A stretch of 64,000 nucleotides of DNA from a virus, in IMG/VR virus record IMGVR_UViG_3300036790_000419, positions 84,914 through 148,913 of that record. One strand, given 5' to 3'. Below the pieces are notes generated by a model. It worked only from the letters and a program-made list of their open reading frames with translations. It did not search any database and was not told where the DNA came from. The translations under genes were made by a program, and so were the position numbers. Shown here one piece after another: positions 1 through 7,599 of the stretch. Each line of letters opens with the position of its first letter. Positions within the stretch are counted from its first letter, which is position 1.

Positions 1-13
1 GCACTCGGCCGCG

Positions 14-340
14 GTGCTCGCTGCTTCCGGGCACGGCAACGCCTCGGCCGCCAAGGCGCTGATCCGCAAGCGGGCCAGGGAGCTGGGGGTGGACGTGAAC
101 ACGCTGCCCGGGTTCGGGGGGTCCGGCAAGGAGAACGACAAGGCCGCCGCGTCGATGGTGGCCCTGGCCAAGCAGGCGGGCGGCGGGGTCGCGATGCACC
201 ACGCGCCGATGACCGGCACCCACAGCCACGCGCACGCGGTCGGCGCGACGCACGAGCACGACCACCAGCACTTCGGCGACAACAACCACAGCGGCGGCCC
301 GCTGCACCGTCCGGGCTCCGAGCCGCGAAGGGACTGGTAA
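14..340 (+). CDS. hypothetical protein (probably 5'-truncated by window edge), His-rich C-terminus
   Basis: GC3-rich ORF ending TAA; THSHAHAVGATHEHDHQH tract. Confidence 0.6.
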   Translation: MLAASGHGNASAAKALIRKRARELGVDVNTLPGFGGSGKENDKAAASMVALAKQAGGGVAMHHAPMTGTHSHAHAVGATHEHDHQHFGDNNHSGGPLHRPGSEPRRDW

Positions 341-342
341 CC

Positions 343-525
343 GTGTTCGGCTGGCTGTCCTCGCTGTTCTTCGCCATCGCGTTCATCCTGTACGCGGCCA
401 AGGCCGGCACCTCGCTGCCCTGGACCCCGGAGGGCTTCACGATCCTCGGCCTGCTGTGCCTGGCCCTGCACGTGGCGTTCTGGTGGTACCCGGTCGGCCG
501 CCGCCCCGGGCCGCCGGTCGCGTGA
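343..525 (+). CDS. small two-TM membrane protein
   Basis: Two hydrophobic segments; stop overlaps terL start (GTGA). Confidence 0.7.
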   Translation: MFGWLSSLFFAIAFILYAAKAGTSLPWTPEGFTILGLLCLALHVAFWWYPVGRRPGPPVA

Positions 526-2489
526 CCGCCGCCGGCGCGGCTGCCGCGGCCCTGCTCGGGTCGTCCGGCGGCGCGGGCACGTCCGCTACCGGGCCCGGCA
601 TCTTCGAGGAGGAGCCGGTCCCGCTTGACGTCTTCGTCCGGGACCGGGCCTACCTGGCCAACCCGCCGCTGAGCGAGGTCCAGTACGAGGCGGTCCGGCA
701 CGCTGAGCGGGTCTACTACCTGCCGACCTACGAGCTGCTGGCGGCCAGCGCCGACAAGGAGGTGAGGAACTACTGGTCGCAGCCGACGCGCATGGTCAAC
801 TTCCTGGAGCTGGAGTGGGGGAAGGGCGGGGGCAAGGACCACACCTGCCGGATGATCGCCATGCGGGTCTGCTACCTGCTGCTGTGCCTGAAGTCCCCGC
901 AGGATTACTACCAGATGCCCGAGCAGGATTCGATTCACGTCCTGAATGTCGCATCATCTTCGAAGCAGGCCCAGCGCGCGTTCTTCGCCCCCATGCGCCG
1001 CGCGGTGCAGCGGCCGGGCTGCTGGTTCCAGCGCAAGGCCGGCATCGACATCATCGACGCCGCCGCCCGCCAGCAGCGCGGCGCCCGCGGGGAGCGCACC
1101 GTCACGCTGCTGGACACCATCCGGTTCGAGCACAACATCGAGGCTGTCTCCGGCCACTCCGACGCCGACAGCCAGGAGGGGCTCAACCTCATCCTCGGCA
1201 TCGCCGACGAGATCGACGCGTTCCGCTCGGCCGCGGAGCTGGCTCGCAACGCCTCGGCCAAGCAGCGCGAGTCGTCCTCCTCGGCCGAGGCGATCCTCGA
1301 CATGATCCGGACCAGTGCCACCACCCGGTTCCCGGAGACCTTCAAGAACGTGCACATCTCCTACCCGCGCTACCTGGGCAGCACCATCCAGCAACTGGTC
1401 GCCAAGGGCAAGGCTGACAACGAGGCGCGCGGTGAGCGGAGCCGCTACTACGTGTCCGGCCCGCTGGCTACCTGGGAGGCCAATCCCCGCATCAGCGGGA
1501 AAGAGGCGTTCGCGGAGGACTACGAGAAGGACCCGGCGCTGGCCGAGGCGAAGTACGAGTGCAAGCCGCGCCGCGCGATTAACCCGTACTTCGCCAACGA
1601 GGAGGCCATCCGCGACTGCCTGGTGGAGTACGCCCAGCCGCCGGTGAGCGTGGCCTACGTGCGCGAGGGCGCGACCTGGAGGCCGCTCTACACCTTCAGC
1701 CCCGGGTTCTTCCCGGTCAAGGGTGCCTTGTACGCCATGCACGCTGACCTGGCGGCCACCGGCGACCGGGCCGGCGTGACGATGGCGCACGTCAAGCGCT
1801 GGCAGGACCACGCCCTTGTCGGCTACGACGAGGAAGGCCTGGAGATCAAGGTCCAGGAGCGCCGCCCGGTGGTGAAAGCCGACTTCACCATCAGCTACGA
1901 GGCGGACGCCGGCGCGAGGCCGCCGATGGAGATCCAGATTCGCTGGGCGAGGATGTTGTGCCTTGAGCTGCGCCGGATGGGATTTCCGGTAGTTTTCTTC
2001 TCATTCGATCAGTGGCAGTCAAAAGACTCCATGCAGATCCTGGAATCGCACGGAATAGAGACTGACCGGTTCTCCACCGACGTGTCCGAGGAGGGCTGGC
2101 GGACGCTGCGGGACGTCATGTACGAGGGCCGCCTGGAGATGCCCGCGCGCGAGCTGACCGTCATCGAGCTGCTCGGGCTGTCGCGGCTGCCGAACGGCAA
2201 GATCGACCACCTGGGTGACAGCTCCAAGGACGAGGCCGACTCCCTGGCCGGCGCGGTTTCCGGCGCGCTGAGGACCGGCGGCCAGGAGGACGCGAGCGGC
2301 AAGCGCGCCTACCCCGGCCAGGCCTCGTTCTACGGCCCGGCCGCTGAGATCCCCTCCCCGGCTGGAATGCCCGCGGCGATGTCAGTGCTCGGCCCGGATA
2401 ACTTCATGCCGGCGGACCGCCCCGGCATGGAGTACGGCAGCAGCTACCTGGACGACTGGGGCTCGGCCAGCGGGGACTACCAGCAGTAA
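522..2489 (+). CDS. terL: terminase large subunit
   Basis: Walker A-like WGKGGGKD, Walker B ILGIADEID, RNase H-like MHADLA and KIDH..SKDEADS; GTG at 522 coupled to upstream stop. Confidence 0.9.
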   Translation: MTAAGAAAAALLGSSGGAGTSATGPGIFEEEPVPLDVFVRDRAYLANPPLSEVQYEAVRHAERVYYLPTYELLAASADKEVRNYWSQPTRMVNFLELEWGKGGGKDHTCRMIAMRVCYLLLCLKSPQDYYQMPEQDSIHVLNVASSSKQAQRAFFAPMRRAVQRPGCWFQRKAGIDIIDAAARQQRGARGERTVTLLDTIRFEHNIEAVSGHSDADSQEGLNLILGIADEIDAFRSAAELARNASAKQRESSSSAEAILDMIRTSATTRFPETFKNVHISYPRYLGSTIQQLVAKGKADNEARGERSRYYVSGPLATWEANPRISGKEAFAEDYEKDPALAEAKYECKPRRAINPYFANEEAIRDCLVEYAQPPVSVAYVREGATWRPLYTFSPGFFPVKGALYAMHADLAATGDRAGVTMAHVKRWQDHALVGYDEEGLEIKVQERRPVVKADFTISYEADAGARPPMEIQIRWARMLCLELRRMGFPVVFFSFDQWQSKDSMQILESHGIETDRFSTDVSEEGWRTLRDVMYEGRLEMPARELTVIELLGLSRLPNGKIDHLGDSSKDEADSLAGAVSGALRTGGQEDASGKRAYPGQASFYGPAAEIPSPAGMPAAMSVLGPDNFMPADRPGMEYGSSYLDDWGSASGDYQQ

Positions 2490-2660
2490 GAAAGGGAGGC
2501 TGGCCCGCGGGCCAGCCTCCCTCGCTTCGCCATCTGCCCATGCCCGCCCGTGCGACCGGAAAGGCACTTCCAGTGTGCAGCCTCCGGAGGCCGTTGTCGC
2601 CCGCGCGAACGATTCCGAACGAAGGAAAACGCCCGCGTACGGAACTGGTAGGTTCCGGTC

Positions 2661-2864
2661 GTGCCGTGGTTCCGCCGCAAGCCGTTCCGGCTCCTGTGCC
2701 CGTACTGCGGCAGCTGCTTCTTCTGGGCCCGGGTCAGCCTGGCACGCAAGGGGTACGACCGGCCCCCGGCCATCACCTCGCTGCGCTATGACCTGACGTG
2801 TGACGATTGCGGCTTCGTGGCCGATTACCAGGATTTCATTGACCAGCACCGGGGCTGGCTGTGA
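2661..2864 (+). CDS. small Zn-ribbon protein
   Basis: CPYC...CDDC; coupled to the next gene. Confidence 0.6.
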   Translation: MPWFRRKPFRLLCPYCGSCFFWARVSLARKGYDRPPAITSLRYDLTCDDCGFVADYQDFIDQHRGWL

Positions 2865-3142
2865 GTATCCCGTTCGAGGCACTGGTTGAGTACGCGGCCG
2901 GCCTTGCCGAGGAGGACATGGAGGAGGGCCTGGACCAGCTCGCGGCGCGGGCCGGGACCGTGCCCGGGCGGCTGGCCGACGCGATGGTCGCGGCCAGGCT
3001 GGTGCGGCTGAACCCGGCGGAGGTCCGCGCGTCCGTGCACCCGGCGGTCCGCAGGGCGGTGGAGGCCGACCGGGGCGGGGTGGCTAGCGGCGCCGCGGCC
3101 AGCCTCTTTACCCAGCCAGAAATTCCCCTGGATTTAGCTTGA
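2861..3142 (+). CDS. hypothetical protein
   Basis: GC3-rich ORF, GTGA overlap. Confidence 0.6.
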   Translation: MSIPFEALVEYAAGLAEEDMEEGLDQLAARAGTVPGRLADAMVAARLVRLNPAEVRASVHPAVRRAVEADRGGVASGAAASLFTQPEIPLDLA

Positions 3143-3167
3143 CACCAGTCAAGCAGGGTAGTAACGT
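3139..3167 (+). promoter_or_regulatory. housekeeping-sigma promoter upstream of the tRNA array
   Basis: TTGACA-17nt-TAACGT; -35 lies inside palindrome CTTGAC-ACCA-GTCAAG (3138-3153). Confidence 0.75.
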
Positions 3168-3173
3168 AGTAGC

Positions 3174-3426
3174 TACCCGGGATGCGACCCAACCAGCCGC
3201 ACCCGGGGTTCACCGCAAAGAACTGGCGCGGGTTAGGCCCGCTCCGCTACCGTAAGGATCATGATGTCAAGGTCATCGAGTAAGCAGTGGCAGCGAGGGC
3301 ACGAGCCCTTCGCAGCCGCCGTGCTGCCCGAAGACAACTGCATCCCGGCGAACAAGGCGGTCGTTGTGTAGCGGCCAACCTGCACCAGCAGACCGCCTCG
3401 GGAGAAGCCTCCTGAAGGCGGTTTTT
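3174..3426 (+). ncRNA. structured leader RNA (Ms1-like candidate) ending in an intrinsic terminator
   Basis: Closing helix CCGGGATGC(3177-85)/GCATCCCGG(3340-48), internal hairpins, terminator hairpin 3392-3422 plus T-run. Confidence 0.5.
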
Positions 3427-3444
3427 AGTTGGACAACTCAACAT

Positions 3445-3517
3445 AGGGACGTAGTTCAGCGGCCAGAACGGCAGCTTCCAACACTGCGCGCCGGGGGTTC
3501 GAGTCCTCCCGTCCCTG
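3445..3517 (+). tRNA. tRNA-Trp(CCA)
   Basis: Cloverleaf; loop TT-CCA-AC. Confidence 0.85.
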
Positions 3518-3815
3518 CGACCGTCAGCAACGGCGAGAGCCCGCGCAGGCGCATGTCAATGCAGCTTGAGAACTCCACAGCGTGAGCATCAGCGGCGGGC
3601 GCCATCCCGTCGCACATGACTGGCAGCCGGGTGCGCTCACACCGTGCCCGGCTGCCGATCAACGCCCGGTTCACGGCATGCCGTGACGATGGGCAAGCAC
3701 CGTGCCGTCCGCCGGCCTCCGGGCTCGCGTTCCACCGTAGGGGTGTGCGGCCTGGCTCCGGCCAGGTGGCGGCGGTACTTGGTGTCAAGAGTTTTTGCAC
3801 GATATGCAAAGCAAT

Positions 3816-3888
3816 GGGGCCTTAGCTCAGCTGGTAGAGCATCTGCTCGGCAGACAGAAGGTCGGGGGTTCGATCCCCCCAGGCTCCA
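3816..3888 (+). tRNA. tRNA-Ala(GGC), C33
   Basis: G3:U70; loop TC-GGC-AG. Confidence 0.85.
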
Positions 3889-3890
3889 CA

Positions 3891-3961
3891 GCGGCGGGTT
3901 GCCGGTTCGAATCCGGTCCGGTCCACGCATGGGCTGGTAGCTCAAATGGACAGAGTGTCGC
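3891..3961 (+). ncRNA. circularly permuted tRNA-like RNA 1
   Basis: Order: GCGGC, variable loop, T-arm (TTCGAAT), acceptor 3' strand, loop, acceptor 5' strand, D-arm, GTCGC. Confidence 0.75.
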
Positions 3962-3965
3962 ATCT

Positions 3966-4038
3966 GGGGACGTAGCTCAGCTGGTAGAGCAGCCGCCTCG
4001 CAAGCGGCGTGTCGCGGGTTCGATTCCCGCCTTCTCCA
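3966..4038 (+). tRNA. tRNA-Ala(CGC)
   Basis: G3:U70; loop CT-CGC-AA. Confidence 0.9.
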
Positions 4039-4194
4039 CTTAGGGCACTACTGCCGCGCGTCGGCCGGCGCAAGGCGAGAGAGGGCAGCTGACCTCTCTG
4101 GTGCCTTACCGTTCACCCGTGCGGTAAAACCGGGGACCAGCGGAGCCGAATGTCCGGGGCACCGGGCTGAGGGTGGGGTAAGCCTCCGCAACAT

Positions 4195-4272
4195 CGGGGT
4201 GTGGCGCAGCTTGGCTAGCGCGCTACGTTCGGGACGTAGAGGTCGTGAGTTCAAATCTCACCACTCCGACCA
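4195..4272 (+). tRNA. tRNA-Pro(CGG)
   Basis: Cloverleaf, encoded CCA. Confidence 0.92.
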
Positions 4273-4332
4273 GGATCTCAATGGCTCAAGTGAGGCGGCA
4301 GTAAAGGGCCACGCCCTGCCGGAGATCCGTAA

Positions 4333-4404
4333 CGGGATGTAGTTCAGTGGAAGAGCGCCTGGTTTGGGACCAGGATGTCGCGGGTTCGAGCCCTGCCATC
4401 CCGA
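4333..4404 (+). tRNA. tRNA-Pro(TGG)
   Basis: Loop TT-TGG-GA. Confidence 0.9.
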
Positions 4405-4406
4405 CT

Positions 4407-4476
4407 GCTGGTCAGAGCCGCGTGGCGTGCGGGCCCTTAGCGGGGCACTCAGGGTTCGAGTCCCTGCCTGGTCAGC
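4407..4476 (+). ncRNA. tRNA-like RNA with truncated anticodon loop
   Basis: Canonical T-arm CAGGG-TTCGAGT-CCCTG, D-like arm, anticodon arm GCCC-TTAGCG-GGGC. Confidence 0.55.
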
Positions 4477-4553
4477 CGCTCCGGTAATAGGGACGCCAGC
4501 AGCGGACGCGCGCTGGCGGTCGGTGAAACCCCGTTGCGAATCCGGAGCACCCT

Positions 4554-4626
4554 GGGGCCTTAGCTCAGATGGCAGAGCGCCCGGTTGAAACCCGGAAGGT
4601 CGGAGTCTCGGAATCTCCAGGTCCCG
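4554..4626 (+). tRNA. tRNA-Phe(GAA), aberrant T-loop
   Basis: Loop TT-GAA-AC; T-loop CTCGGAA lacks TTC. Confidence 0.75.
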
Positions 4627-4640
4627 CGCAGTAACACAAT

Positions 4641-4713
4641 GGGGATGTGGCCGAACGGTTACAGGCACTTGCCTTCCAAGCAAGCTACGCGGGTTCGACC
4701 CCCGTCATCCCCT
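4641..4713 (+). tRNA. tRNA-Gly(TCC)
   Basis: Loop CT-TCC-AA, U73. Confidence 0.9.
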
Positions 4714-4841
4714 CTGGTACGGGCCGGACTCATACTCCGGTTGCGTGCAAGTAACCGGTCCGCGGCTGTCGGGCTGCGGACCGGGAGCGCCTGGGCTGCC
4801 CGGAGGGGCCGACACCCTCTCCGGGGGCACCAGTACTCAAT

Positions 4842-4913
4842 GCGCCGCGAGCATGTACGGCTATGCAGCGGACTCTTAATCCACGGAACGGGGTTCAAGT
4901 CCCTGGCGGCGCA
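4842..4913 (+). tRNA. tRNA-Lys(CTT)
   Basis: Loop CT-CTT-AA. Confidence 0.8.
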
Positions 4914-4957
4914 CTTCACCTGGCTTCGCCGATTTTCGGCAGAGTTCGGTGTTATTC

Positions 4958-5032
4958 GGGCGAGTAGAGCAACCTGGCAGACCCTCCGCTCCCAAAAAGC
5001 GGGATGTGCGGGTTCGAATCCCGCCTCGCCCA
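4958..5032 (+). tRNA. tRNA-Leu(CAA), C33, short variable loop
   Basis: CCGCT-CC-CAA-AA-AGCGG; 5-nt variable region. Confidence 0.75.
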
Positions 5033-5136
5033 CGCCGGCTGGCAAGGCCGTCCTGCGAATCCTTGCCCGGCCTCTCCTGTGGGGAGAGCAAAGGCCGTTA
5101 CAGGAGGGGGAGAAAAGGCCCCTCCCGTCAATTCAG

Positions 5137-5209
5137 TGGGGTATGGCGCAATTGGCAGCGCAGGTGCGTCTGGTGCACAAGGTTCTAGGTTCGAGTCCTG
5201 GTACCCCAG
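5137..5209 (+). tRNA. tRNA-Gln(CTG)
   Basis: U1-A72; loop GT-CTG-GT. Confidence 0.85.
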
Positions 5210-5212
5210 CGA

Positions 5213-5285
5213 GCTGGAGAATGCGGGTTCGAATCCTGCCCGGCGAGAGAGATCTCGCCGGTGGCTTAATCGGCAAAGCGCCAGC
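5213..5285 (+). ncRNA. circularly permuted tRNA-like RNA 2
   Basis: GCTGG, AGAAT, T-arm GCGGG-TTCGAAT-CCTGC, 9-bp acceptor helix capped by GAGA, D-arm GCTT/AAGC, CCAGC. Confidence 0.8.
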
Positions 5286-5321
5286 AACCCCGGGCACGGA
5301 CGGTATCCCGGCCCGGGGCCC

Positions 5322-5395
5322 GCCCTTGTAGCTCATCTGGCAAGAGCGCCCGCCCCGTAAGCGGAAGGTCCCGCGTTCGACTCGCGGCAAGGGCT
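5322..5395 (+). tRNA. tRNA-Thr(CGT), C33
   Basis: Loop CC-CGT-AA. Confidence 0.85.
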
Positions 5396-5506
5396 CGTAG
5401 TGTCCCGCCGAAGGCGTCACAGGCCCTCATGCCGGCTCCGTTCCAGGTGCCGTGCGGGGTTCGAGTTCTGCTCGTTTCTCCCTCGATCGCGCGTCGCGAT
5501 CATTAT

Positions 5507-5580
5507 GCCCGGATAGCTCAGACGGCGAGAGCGTATCCCCGGTACGGATGAGGCCCCGAGTTCGATTCTCGGTCCGGGCT
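5507..5580 (+). tRNA. tRNA-Thr(GGT), C33
   Basis: Loop CC-GGT-AC. Confidence 0.85.
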
Positions 5581-5591
5581 CGCAAGTTCAC

Positions 5592-5665
5592 GCGGATGTA
5601 GCTCAGTTGGTTAGAGCGTGACGTTGCCAACGTCAAGGTCGCCGGTTCGAGTCCGGTTATCCGCT
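5592..5665 (+). tRNA. tRNA-Gly(GCC)
   Basis: Loop TT-GCC-AA. Confidence 0.92.
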
Positions 5666-5666
5666 C

Positions 5667-5749
5667 GGGTGAGTGGCGTAATGGCAGCCGCGCACGGTTC
5701 AGGCCCGTGTGTCCGCAAGGACGTGAGGGTTCAAGTCCCTCCTCGCCTA
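5667..5749 (+). tRNA. tRNA-Leu(CAG)
   Basis: Long variable arm; loop TT-CAG-GC. Confidence 0.9.
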
Positions 5750-5859
5750 CTTCGAGGTTGTCCACCGTGGCCGCGGGCCGCTGCGCCTGCCGTGCGAGAG
5801 CACGGGTTCCAGGACGGCGGTTAGTTTCCCTGCTAGCGGGAGCGAACGGTGACCTACAC

Positions 5860-5943
5860 GGACGCGTGGCTCAGTGGCTACAGCAGCGCCCTGCTAAGGC
5901 GTACAGGGGTAACCCTGCGGAGGTTCGAGTCCTCCCGCGTCCG
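5860..5943 (+). tRNA. tRNA-Ser(GCT)
   Basis: Long variable arm; G73. Confidence 0.9.
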
Positions 5944-6028
5944 CTTCTGCGCCGGATACCAGCCGAGTCCGTCAGGTGGTGACGCAGGCGCAGTGCCCGT
6001 GGGGGACGGCAACCCGCGACGGGCGCCC

Positions 6029-6116
6029 GGAAGCGTAAGTCGAGCCGGCCTACCGACAGCGGTCCCGAAAACCGTGAGGGGTAACTCCCGTGTGGGTTCG
6101 AGTCCCACCGCTTCCT
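6029..6116 (+). tRNA. tRNA-Ser(CGA), C33
   Basis: Long variable arm; loop CC-CGA-AA. Confidence 0.8.
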
Positions 6117-6283
6117 CCGCACATGATTGAGGCGGCACCCACGGGCCGCTTGCGGGTACCGCCTCAATGTGTAATCAGCCAGGCTGGTGATCCAGTCCAG
6201 AAGGAAGGAACCACGTGCCTTTACGAGCAGCCTAGTTTACTGCTCGCGTTCGCAAGCATACGCACAGTCACAGTGATTGTCGA

Positions 6284-6360
6284 GGGCGGGTAGCTCAGCA
6301 GGTTGGAGCACTTCCCTGATAAGGAAGAGGCCGCTGGTTCGATCCCAGCCTCGCCCACCA
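6284..6360 (+). tRNA. tRNA-Ile(GAT)
   Basis: Cloverleaf, encoded CCA. Confidence 0.92.
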
Positions 6361-6361
6361 C

Positions 6362-6436
6362 GGCGGTATAGCTCAGCCGGTGAGAGCGCCCCGCTCATAA
6401 CGGGAGAGGCCGGGGGTTCGAGCCCCTCTACCGCTA
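6362..6436 (+). tRNA. tRNA-Met(CAT) (elongator Met or Ile2)
   Basis: Loop CT-CAT-AA. Confidence 0.85.
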
Positions 6437-6437
6437 C

Positions 6438-6511
6438 GGGCCGCTAGCTCAACTGCGCAGAGCGGCTGACCTTTAATCAGCGGGTTCGGGGTTCGAGTCC
6501 CCGGCGGCCCA
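6438..6511 (+). tRNA. tRNA-Lys(TTT), C33
   Basis: Loop CC-TTT-AA; D-loop lacks GG. Confidence 0.8.
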
Positions 6512-6519
6512 CTAGCCTG

Positions 6520-6675
6520 GTGCGCGTGAGGAACCTCGCGCTCCGGGCAGCTGAGCGCCTGCACGTCATCTTCGACGCCGTCCCGGTTTACGAGGACGAG
6601 CGGTGGTACAGGTACGGAGACTGGGGCTGCCGGGCGTCCAACTGGGTGCGCCGGCAGCGGAACAAGCGCCGGTAG
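6520..6675 (+). CDS. 51-aa basic protein inside the tRNA array
   Basis: VRVRNLALRAAERLHVIFDAVPVYEDERWYRYGDWGC...KRR; GC3-rich; stop lies inside the next tRNA. Confidence 0.5.
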   Translation: MRVRNLALRAAERLHVIFDAVPVYEDERWYRYGDWGCRASNWVRRQRNKRR

Positions 6676-6742
6676 CTCAGTCGGACAGAGCAGGCGGCTT
6701 CTAACCGCCAGGCCGCGGGTTCGAGCCCCGCCTGGCGCACCA
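6666..6742 (+). tRNA. tRNA-Arg(TCT)
   Basis: Loop CT-TCT-AA; encoded CCA. Confidence 0.9.
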
Positions 6743-6745
6743 CAC

Positions 6746-6818
6746 GGTCCTGTCGTCTAGCGGCCCAGGATGCCTGATTCTCGATCAGGTCGCGCGAGTT
6801 CGAATCTCGCCAGGACCA
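6746..6818 (+). tRNA. tRNA-Glu(CTC)
   Basis: Loop TT-CTC-GA. Confidence 0.9.
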
Positions 6819-6912
6819 CGCAGAGCCTGCTACGCGGGAGACGGCCATTGCCAAAGCAGGTACTCTGAGGTCCGCGCCGGGAGCTGGCTGAAATCCGCTC
6901 GGCAGGACGCAA

Positions 6913-6986
6913 GCCCCTCTCGACTAGCGGTCCAGGTCGCCTGCCTTTCAAGCAGGATGACACCGGTTCGAATCCGGTGGGGGGAA
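6913..6986 (+). tRNA. tRNA-Glu(TTC)
   Basis: Loop CT-TTC-AA. Confidence 0.85.
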
Positions 6987-7017
6987 CGAGGGCCTCCGGG
7001 GTAACCTGGGGGCGCGA

Positions 7018-7095
7018 CGCGGAGTAGGGGAGTTCGGTTGTCCCCGCGGCGCTTTCATAACGCCGAGATCGCGGGTCCGAATCCCGCCTCCGCCA
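7018..7095 (+). tRNA. initiator-like tRNA (CAT) with 9-nt anticodon loop
   Basis: C1:C72 mismatch; CGGCG-CTTTCATAA-CGCCG. Confidence 0.7.
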
Positions 7096-7186
7096 CGAGG
7101 CCCGGCACTGGCGGCCGGCGAAAGCCCCGGGGAATACGTGGCTGGCCCTGCTGGATAAGGGCTAAACAGCCGGGGGCCTCAGTCGA

Positions 7187-7259
7187 TCCGGCGTAGCTCA
7201 ATCGGCAGAGCAGCGTCCCGTTAAGGCGAGGGTTCCCAGTTCGAGTCTGGGCGCCGGAG
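7187..7259 (+). tRNA. tRNA-Asn(GTT), C33
   Basis: Loop CC-GTT-AA. Confidence 0.85.
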
Positions 7260-7364
7260 CGCGTCAGTCTGGGATACGAGGGGCAGCAGCCCTGCCGCGG
7301 CCCGCGCGGCGGTCGCCGAAGCGGGACGAGTGCCGGGGCTCCCCAGTCAGCCGCCGGCACACAT

Positions 7365-7440
7365 GGTCTTGTAGGGGAGCCTGGCCGTCCCCGCCGCCCC
7401 GTCAAGGCGAAGATCGCGGGTTCGAATCCCGCCAGGACCG
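7365..7440 (+). tRNA. tRNA-Asp(GTC), C33
   Basis: Loop CC-GTC-AA; G73. Confidence 0.85.
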
Positions 7441-7464
7441 CTTTCTCACCCGGGGCCGGGGCGT

Positions 7465-7599
7465 TTAGACACCGGAGCGCTTGCGCCGCTCGCCCAGCTC
7501 GGTCCGCCCGAGCCGGTACAGGGCGCGGTAGCCGCCGAGCCTCAGCCCGATCCAGATGCCGGAGCCGAAGGCGATGACCAGGAGGATGAAAATGCCCAC
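7465..7599 (-). CDS. 44-aa single-TM peptide antisense to the tRNA array
   Basis: MGIFILLVIAFGSGIWIGLRLGGYRALYRLGRTELGERRKRSGV; GC3-rich. Confidence 0.6.
   Translation of the reverse strand: MGIFILLVIAFGSGIWIGLRLGGYRALYRLGRTELGERRKRSGV

Noticed and set aside
3340-3426. T-box riboswitch
   Set aside because: The antiterminator lacks the TGGNACC T-box bulge consensus.
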